Below, piece by piece: positions 27,075 through 32,000 of a DNA stretch of 32,000 nt. A program made the translations under genes and the position numbers. Source of the stretch: Planctopirus limnophila DSM 3776 (GTDB taxonomy: Bacteria > Planctomycetota > Planctomycetia > Planctomycetales > Planctomycetaceae); NCBI RefSeq assembly GCF_000092105.1, contig NC_014148.1:3540001-3572000 (forward strand), given 5' to 3'. Under the pieces are notes generated by a model. The model was not told the origin of the DNA. It made no database searches and saw nothing but the letters and a program-made list of their open reading frames with translations. Numbering within the stretch: position 1 is the first letter of the stretch; every line of letters starts with the position of its first letter.

Positions 27075-27521
27075 ATGCGATATCTCTCTTTAAGCCTCCT
27101 CTGCTGCATCGCCAGTGCCTGCGGCTATATGGGCTCCGGGACTGCCAGTCAGCCGACCACTCCGACCACTCCGACCACTTCTCACAAAGTCTCGATTCCT
27201 GATCCATCCCCAACCAACACAGGGATCAATGCACGCGATCGCTCGGACGAAACGATGACACCGTTTGACCAGAACGAAAATCCCAAGGATATCGCTATCA
27301 CCGCAGATATCCGCAAACGCATTGTTGGCAGCACCATGTCAATTAGTGCAAACAACACCAAAATCATGACCAAAAATGGCAAAGTGACCCTTCGAGGACC
27401 TGTTGCCACTTCAGCTGAAAAAGCCCAGATCGACGTTATCGCTAAAGAGATTGCTGGTACCGTTAATGTTGATAACCAACTCGATGTTTCCAGCAAGCCA
27501 TCCACATCTCCTGAGAATTAA
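27075..27521 (+). CDS. BON-domain lipoprotein (OsmY-like)
   Basis: 148-aa ORF with AGGAAACAAGA before the ATG and a lipobox-like LLCCIASACG. A (PTT)n linker follows, then DIAITADIRKRIV...KNGKVTLRGPVATSAEKAQIDVIAKEIAGTVNVDNQLDV, which is the BON domain pattern. Confidence 0.8.
   Translation: MRYLSLSLLCCIASACGYMGSGTASQPTTPTTPTTSHKVSIPDPSPTNTGINARDRSDETMTPFDQNENPKDIAITADIRKRIVGSTMSISANNTKIMTKNGKVTLRGPVATSAEKAQIDVIAKEIAGTVNVDNQLDVSSKPSTSPEN
27153..27179 (+). repeat. Perfect 3 x 9-nt tandem repeat (CCGACCACT) encoding PTTPTTPTT in the BON lipoprotein linker
   Basis: Direct reading of 27153-27179 shows three identical in-frame units. Confidence 0.9.
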
Positions 27522-27646
27522 CGATTCAATAGAATCTTAAAACTTCAAGTCAACAGCATGAACTTCCATGAAAATCAAGTTTATAGATTTTCCATATCAA
27601 GAATCACTCTCGTTAAGTTTCCCCACTAATTAAAGAAAGCTCTCCC

Positions 27647-28183
27647 ATGTCAAGCTCTGTGATCTGTACAGCCAACACTCGCCAAACTGAATCAATTATT
27701 CGCAACCTGAAAGACGCAGGGTTTCAAGGAAACGATATCTCTGTTCTGATGGCCGACCAGGCCCAGACGCGAGATTTCGCTTATGAAAAGAATACAAAAG
27801 CACCCGAAGGTGCGACTGCCGGTGCCGGCACCGGTCTTGTCATTGGAGGCACACTGGGATGGCTGGCAGGAATTGGCTTGCTGGCAATTCCCGGGCTCGG
27901 CCCATTCATTGCTGCGGGCCCTATCATGGCAGCTCTTAGCGGTGCTGCTGTCGGCGGTACGCTCGGCGGACTGACCGGTGCTCTCATTGGAATGGGCTTG
28001 CCAGAAATTGAAGCGAAACTTTACGAATCGAAAGTCAAGGCGGGGAATTCACTGATTTCCGTTCAATCGGAAGATAGTAACGAGTGTGAGCGAGCGAGAA
28101 TCATCTTTGAACGTGCAGGGGCTAAAGATATCTCGAAAGTTGGTGAATTGTCCGCGCAGCCAGTCATTCTTAATGACGCGTAA
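27647..28183 (+). CDS. General-stress-type protein: YflT-like N-terminal domain plus glycine-zipper membrane segment
   Basis: 178-aa ORF. SIIRNLKDAGFQGNDISVLMAD is YflT/GSP17M-like. A Gly/Ala zipper follows (GAGTGLVIGGTLGWLAGIGLLAIPGLGPFIAAGPIMAALSGAAVGGTLGGLTGALIGMGLPE), then EAKLYESKVKAGNSLISV. The family assignment is from memory of similar stress proteins. Confidence 0.65.
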   Translation: MSSSVICTANTRQTESIIRNLKDAGFQGNDISVLMADQAQTRDFAYEKNTKAPEGATAGAGTGLVIGGTLGWLAGIGLLAIPGLGPFIAAGPIMAALSGAAVGGTLGGLTGALIGMGLPEIEAKLYESKVKAGNSLISVQSEDSNECERARIIFERAGAKDISKVGELSAQPVILNDA

Positions 28184-28378
28184 CATCGAAGATCCAAACA
28201 TCGATGTCGTCGCGCGAAAGTGTCGCAACCAACAAGTGTTTGATTGGCGAGATTCTCCCGGGACCCGGCGTTGTTGAACAAATGTGACAGTGCATTCCTG
28301 AATTCACCGGCTGATCAATACGAGTCTTCAGTGTCTTTTCTGTCTTTCCTGAATCGTACTTTTTTTGAAGGAATTCTC

Positions 28379-28663
28379 ATGGTTCCGGCAACAGATCGAT
28401 TATCGCAAGTGGGTACCCGATCTGAAGCTCAGATCCATTCGGAGGGGTGTTTTGCGCGGGTGATCGAGCAACAGACTGCCAAACTTCCCTCCGACCTCTG
28501 GCTCTGGGCTTCACTGGGTTCCATGGGAGCCTCACTATACTTTCAGTACCAGGGACGTCGAAACGAAGCTCTTTTCGTCGGCCAATGGGCAGCCCCTCTG
28601 CTGCTGTTGGGCGTCTATAATAAGCTGGTAAAGATTGCCGGCTCAGATCGCATTCAGAGATGA
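28379..28663 (+). CDS. Small membrane protein of unknown function
   Basis: The track ORF is 28244-28663. I prefer ATG 28379 (94 aa), which is preceded by GAAGGA. Two hydrophobic segments are present (LWLWASLGSMGASLYF, WAAPLLLLGVYNKLV). Confidence 0.5.
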   Translation: MVPATDRLSQVGTRSEAQIHSEGCFARVIEQQTAKLPSDLWLWASLGSMGASLYFQYQGRRNEALFVGQWAAPLLLLGVYNKLVKIAGSDRIQR

Positions 28664-28837
28664 TTCGCTCCTGCGGGTTCAACGGCAGCAAAGAGATTTC
28701 CACTTCTTCTCAACCATCAGGGCAACGGCTTGAGTCAACTCCCGTCAGGTTCGAGTTATCGACTGGCGAGAGGCAGGGGAGATATGCAATGATGCATCAC
28801 ATCATTCCGGTCTCCTCCGAAATTTGAGCCGTCCGTC

Positions 28838-30391
28838 ATGACTGATTCTGCCGATCTTCCCACCTTCGATCTTTCCAACCGCAAGCTCGGCGATTTTCAG
28901 CTCATTCGCAGGCTGGGTCGTGGTGGGATGGCCGAGGTGTACCTCGCGGAACAACTTTCCCTCAAGCGATCAGTCGCAGTGAAAGTCTTGCGCCCTGAAT
29001 TCATACAGGATCAGACTTATCTCAAACGCTTTCAACAGGAGGCCAAGGCTGCCGCCGGCCTGAACCATGCCAATATTGTCCAGGTGTACACAATTGGCGA
29101 AGCGGATGGCGTGCAGTTCATTGCCCAGGAGTATGTTCAGGGTCGCAACCTCAAAGAGTATCTGGTGCGCAAGGGAGCGCTCGATGTGAATGCCGCCATG
29201 CAGATCATGCGGCAAGTCGCTTCAGCGCTTCAAGTGGCCGGTACTGCGGGGATTATCCATCGCGATATCAAACCCGAGAACATTCTGCTCACACGCAAGG
29301 GCGAAGCTAAAGTCGCCGACTTTGGCCTGGCTCAACTCACTCGCCCGGGCGAAAAGGTCGAACTCACACAAGTGGGAGTGACCATGGGGACTCCACTTTA
29401 CATGAGCCCCGAGCAGGTCAATGGCAAGCCGCTCGACGTTCGCAGTGACATTTATTCGTTTGGTGTGCTGTGTTTCCACATGCTCTGTGGTCGCCCGCCT
29501 TTTCAAGGTGAAACGGCTCTGTCGATTGCAGTGCAGCATTTGAATGTGGCCCCACCACCTATCAGCGATTTAAGGCCCGATCTTCCTAAACCACTCGTGC
29601 AACTCATCGAACGGATGATGGCCAAAAAACGGGAAGACCGCCCTGCCGATGCCGGGGTCATTCTTGCCGATCTCAAGCAGATCAGCCGCCTCGTCAACCA
29701 GCGCGACGAGACGCCGGAAGTTCGCCCGCTCAGACAGCCCACCAAAACACCTTCCATGCATCGCACCCAGCGGCAAAAGCTCATCAGACATACTCTGTTC
29801 ACACTGCTGGCGATGCTGCTGGTCGGTTCGGCTTCAGCCGGAGTCGGCTGGCTCATGCGCACTCCCGATCCATTCCTTGAACCTGTGAAAAACACCGATC
29901 AAGTTCCCCAGCAGGAAACAGCACAGGCCCAGTACTACTATGCTCTGACTCGCGGTTACGACGAAGCGGCGTGGAGAAGTGTGATTACCTACTTCCCCGA
30001 TGCCGAGCTCGAAAATCGCCGGGCGAAAGAGCAACTGGCAATTATCTATCTGAAATCGGATCGACTTCCTCAGGCTGAAGAAATCTGCCAGCAATTCCTG
30101 CGTGATGGGGAACAAGACCCGACCTTGCGGGCCCATGGTTTAGCGGGATTAGCTGTGATCGAAAGTTTGCGTGGCAATGCCGCTGCCTCACAAAACTACA
30201 TCCAGCAATATCAGGCCTTGCGCAAGGAGATTTCTCCTGAACTGGGCCGATTGCTGCAGGAAGCCATCAATCGGCAAGGCCGTGCCAATCGCGGCTCGAC
30301 CAGCCTGAACATCGACAACTGGTATTTTTCTCCCGGCTTGAGTGAACCCCTCGAACGCGAGCCCGGGCGAGATTTTCGCAGGCAATCGTAA
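28838..30391 (+). CDS. Hanks-type serine/threonine protein kinase with one TM segment and a TPR-like extracytoplasmic C-terminal domain
   Basis: 517-aa ORF with [11 protein letters not shown] (G-loop), [32 protein letters not shown] and the TM segment [20 protein letters not shown]. The tail is helical. Confidence 0.92.
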   Translation: MTDSADLPTFDLSNRKLGDFQLIRRLGRGGMAEVYLAEQLSLKRSVAVKVLRPEFIQDQTYLKRFQQEAKAAAGLNHANIVQVYTIGEADGVQFIAQEYVQGRNLKEYLVRKGALDVNAAMQIMRQVASALQVAGTAGIIHRDIKPENILLTRKGEAKVADFGLAQLTRPGEKVELTQVGVTMGTPLYMSPEQVNGKPLDVRSDIYSFGVLCFHMLCGRPPFQGETALSIAVQHLNVAPPPISDLRPDLPKPLVQLIERMMAKKREDRPADAGVILADLKQISRLVNQRDETPEVRPLRQPTKTPSMHRTQRQKLIRHTLFTLLAMLLVGSASAGVGWLMRTPDPFLEPVKNTDQVPQQETAQAQYYYALTRGYDEAAWRSVITYFPDAELENRRAKEQLAIIYLKSDRLPQAEEICQQFLRDGEQDPTLRAHGLAGLAVIESLRGNAAASQNYIQQYQALRKEISPELGRLLQEAINRQGRANRGSTSLNIDNWYFSPGLSEPLEREPGRDFRRQS

Positions 30392-30394
30392 CTC

Positions 30395-31366
30395 ATGCCC
30401 AGACTCTTTTTTGGCAACTTCAGCTTCGAGCACGAACTGGCTGATTCTCATTTCCAGCCCTCGAAAACTCTGATTGAGCAATCGGCTCAGTGGGGCACAA
30501 TCTGGATGAAGCGGGCCTCTGCCGACGATCTCTTCTGGCTCTCTTCAACCACGCTGATTCCACTCGCAGGGCCGACAAAGGTCAAATTCATCTCGACGAT
30601 CGATGAGTTGCTTACTTACCTGCATAAAGCCAACGCGCACTACAAGTTTGTGCCATGGGGCTGGTCTCCTCGCGCGCTCGCACACTACAAGATGCTCCCC
30701 ACTTGCTACGTTGATGCCGCACCACCACCGCTCGATGTCGTCCGATACGGCAACTCACGCCGTTTTGCCTTTGATATGGAGCAGCAATATGGCAGCGTAC
30801 TTATGAGCGGTCAGGTGCATGTTCACACACTTACCACCTGCATCTCAACTTCAGCAGAACTCGAAGAATGGAACAACCGCGTAAGTGAATCAGCTCATTC
30901 ATGGGTGATTAAAGCCGAGTTTGGCATGTCGGGCCGCGAACGTATTCTCGGGCAGCAGAATCTGCGACCTGAGCAGACCGCCTGGTGCCTGAAGCGGCTC
31001 GCCATGGGCCAGCACCTCTTTGCAGAACCCTGGCTCAAACGCATCGAAGAAGTCGGTATCCAATGGCACATTGAAGGCAAAGATCAGATCAGGCTGGTTG
31101 GAATCACACGGCTCGAATGCTCACCCACCGGCCAATATCAATCCAGCAGCCCGCTCGTCGATCCCAACTCGATCGCCCTGTGGCAGCCAGCCATCGATCA
31201 TCAGTTTCCAGTCGTTCAGAAGCTGGCGAACCTGGGCTACACAGGCCCTCTGGGAATCGATGCCATGAAGTATCTTCCGATAGACTCTCCAAACGCCGAC
31301 ACCGCACTCCGTCCATTTCAAGACATCAACGCCCGCTGGACGATGGGCCGCCTGGCTTTAGGATGA
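30395..31366 (+). CDS. ATP-grasp fold protein of unassigned subfamily
   Basis: 323-aa ORF starting 3 nt after the kinase stop. The ordered blocks SWVIKAEFGMSGRERILG, LFAEPWL, LGYTGPLGIDAM and FQDINARWTMG parallel the Lys/Gly-loop, central and Mg-binding (E/D-x-N) blocks of D-Ala-D-Ala-ligase-like ATP-grasp enzymes. Confidence 0.65.
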   Translation: MPRLFFGNFSFEHELADSHFQPSKTLIEQSAQWGTIWMKRASADDLFWLSSTTLIPLAGPTKVKFISTIDELLTYLHKANAHYKFVPWGWSPRALAHYKMLPTCYVDAAPPPLDVVRYGNSRRFAFDMEQQYGSVLMSGQVHVHTLTTCISTSAELEEWNNRVSESAHSWVIKAEFGMSGRERILGQQNLRPEQTAWCLKRLAMGQHLFAEPWLKRIEEVGIQWHIEGKDQIRLVGITRLECSPTGQYQSSSPLVDPNSIALWQPAIDHQFPVVQKLANLGYTGPLGIDAMKYLPIDSPNADTALRPFQDINARWTMGRLALG

Positions 31367-31579
31367 GAACCGGGGTGCATCGATGATCAAGTTTCTCGAT
31401 GGTTCGAATTTCTTCCACCCGTTGAGAGAATAAGCCGCTCTGGACAGATTTTTGTAGAAAAATTAGAACCCACCTGCCTGATCAATGGAGGGTTCTTGCC
31501 GATCATTGGGTCGAAGTGAGAATCCACTGTTGGTCAATAGCGTTTCATTTTCCTGGTTCGCTCTGGAAGGGAGTCCACC

Positions 31580-32000
31580 GTGCGAACACTGCTGAACTCG
31601 GTGTTGCTGTTGTCTGTGATTGCGTCCATGGCTCTGGAAACCTGGGCAATTGATGCTGTGCGGGGGAAGTCGTACCCGCTGGGTAAAGAACATGGCCCCT
31701 GGATGATTATGGTGGCCAGTTTCAAGAAACCGCCTGAAGATCGCCGGACAGATGAAGGATTGACAGCCCGCCAGGCGGCTGACGAACTGGTTTATGAACT
31801 GCGCAAGGTGGGAATTCCTGCTTATATTCATCTGCAGGAAGGGCGTGTGGAAAAATTACAGACTATTGATCGACTGGGCCGAGAAGATGGCCGGGTCTAT
31901 GCCGCTCAGCGGGGAATGATTTCGGTATTGGCGGGCAACTACGAATCGATTGAGTCGCCCGTGGCTCAAAAGACATTGTTGTATGTGAAAAAGTTTCGTC
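31580..32000 (+). CDS. Partial (3'-truncated by window edge) secreted protein, possibly SPOR-like
   Basis: This ORF is absent from the ORF track because it has no stop within the window. GTG 31580 is preceded by GGAAGGGAG, and the frame stays open to 32000 (140 codons). A signal peptide is present (LLNSVLLLSVIASMALETWA). WMIMVASFKK...ARQAADELVYELRKVGIPAYIH...ISVLAGNYESIESPVAQKTLLYVKKF resembles the SPOR beta-alpha-beta-beta pattern. Confidence 0.55.
   Translation, partial: MRTLLNSVLLLSVIASMALETWAIDAVRGKSYPLGKEHGPWMIMVASFKKPPEDRRTDEGLTARQAADELVYELRKVGIPAYIHLQEGRVEKLQTIDRLGREDGRVYAAQRGMISVLAGNYESIESPVAQKTLLYVKKFR

Noticed and set aside
31401-31409. GGTTCGAAT, a tRNA T-loop-like string
   Set aside because: The flanking bases do not form a T-stem, an acceptor stem or an anticodon arm. 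Other TTCGAA occurrences (for example near 18406) also lack cloverleaf context. I can support no tRNA in the window.
31383-31433. 16-codon mini-ORF (MIKFLDGSNFFHPLRE) just after the ATP-grasp gene, considered as a possible graspetide/RiPP precursor
   Set aside because: It has no ribosome-binding site, no repeated Thr/Ser-Asp/Glu core motif typical of ATP-grasp-modified peptides, and no leader-like region. An ORF this short is indistinguishable from chance.
31463-31831. 122-aa minus-strand ORF
   Set aside because: It overlaps the plus-strand ORF starting at GTG 31580, which has a strong GGAAGGGAG Shine-Dalgarno sequence, a signal peptide and a domain-like sequence. The minus-strand translation is His/Gln/Arg-rich and featureless.
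1-32000. Search for CRISPR arrays, IS or transposase genes, integrases, prophage genes, toxin-antitoxin pairs or known defence-system genes
   Set aside because: I found no regularly spaced direct repeats of 24-40 nt, no transposase, integrase or recombinase motifs, and no nuclease, helicase or reverse-transcriptase signatures in any ORF. The only repeats found are the short elements reported above.

Overview
The gene content looks like a chromosomal segment from a Planctomycetota (PVC-group) genome. Supporting features are a PVC-type heme-binding CxxCH dehydrogenase, a membrane-anchored PQQ-like beta-propeller, a formylglycine sulfatase, and long ORF-poor spacers. Neighbouring genes run about 55-60% GC by hand count.

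I call 24 complete CDS plus one CDS that runs off the right edge. In order along the window they are:
- a beta-lactamase-fold/esterase fusion
- an orphan GroES paralogue
- a transmembrane (TM) beta-propeller
- a 1084-aa heme-binding dehydrogenase
- a parvulin-type PPIase
- a divergent cysteine-synthase-like enzyme
- a sulfatase
- a minus-strand C30-type carotenoid operon (CrtN/CrtI-like desaturase, aldehyde dehydrogenase, CrtP/CrtD-like enzyme, PlsC-type acyltransferase)
- a DUF1294 protein
- an unknown alpha-helical protein
- RNase PH
- a low-GC TM-HEAT-DMP19(DUF4375) gene
- hemL
- a large unknown secreted protein
- a stress-type trio (BON lipoprotein, YflT/glycine-zipper protein, small membrane protein)
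- a Hanks Ser/Thr kinase translationally coupled to an orphan ATP-grasp enzyme
- a partial secreted SPOR-like protein

I found no rRNA, tRNA, CRISPR array, transposase or integrase. I did not recognise a clear-cut new system such as a defence island.

The best candidates for follow-up are:
- the kinase/ATP-grasp/SPOR-like module
- the low-GC HEAT-DMP19 island
- a hairpin repeat present twice with a compensatory base-pair change
- two unusually long non-coding regions, one with stop-start-overlapping mini-ORFs and one with a strong C-over-G strand bias
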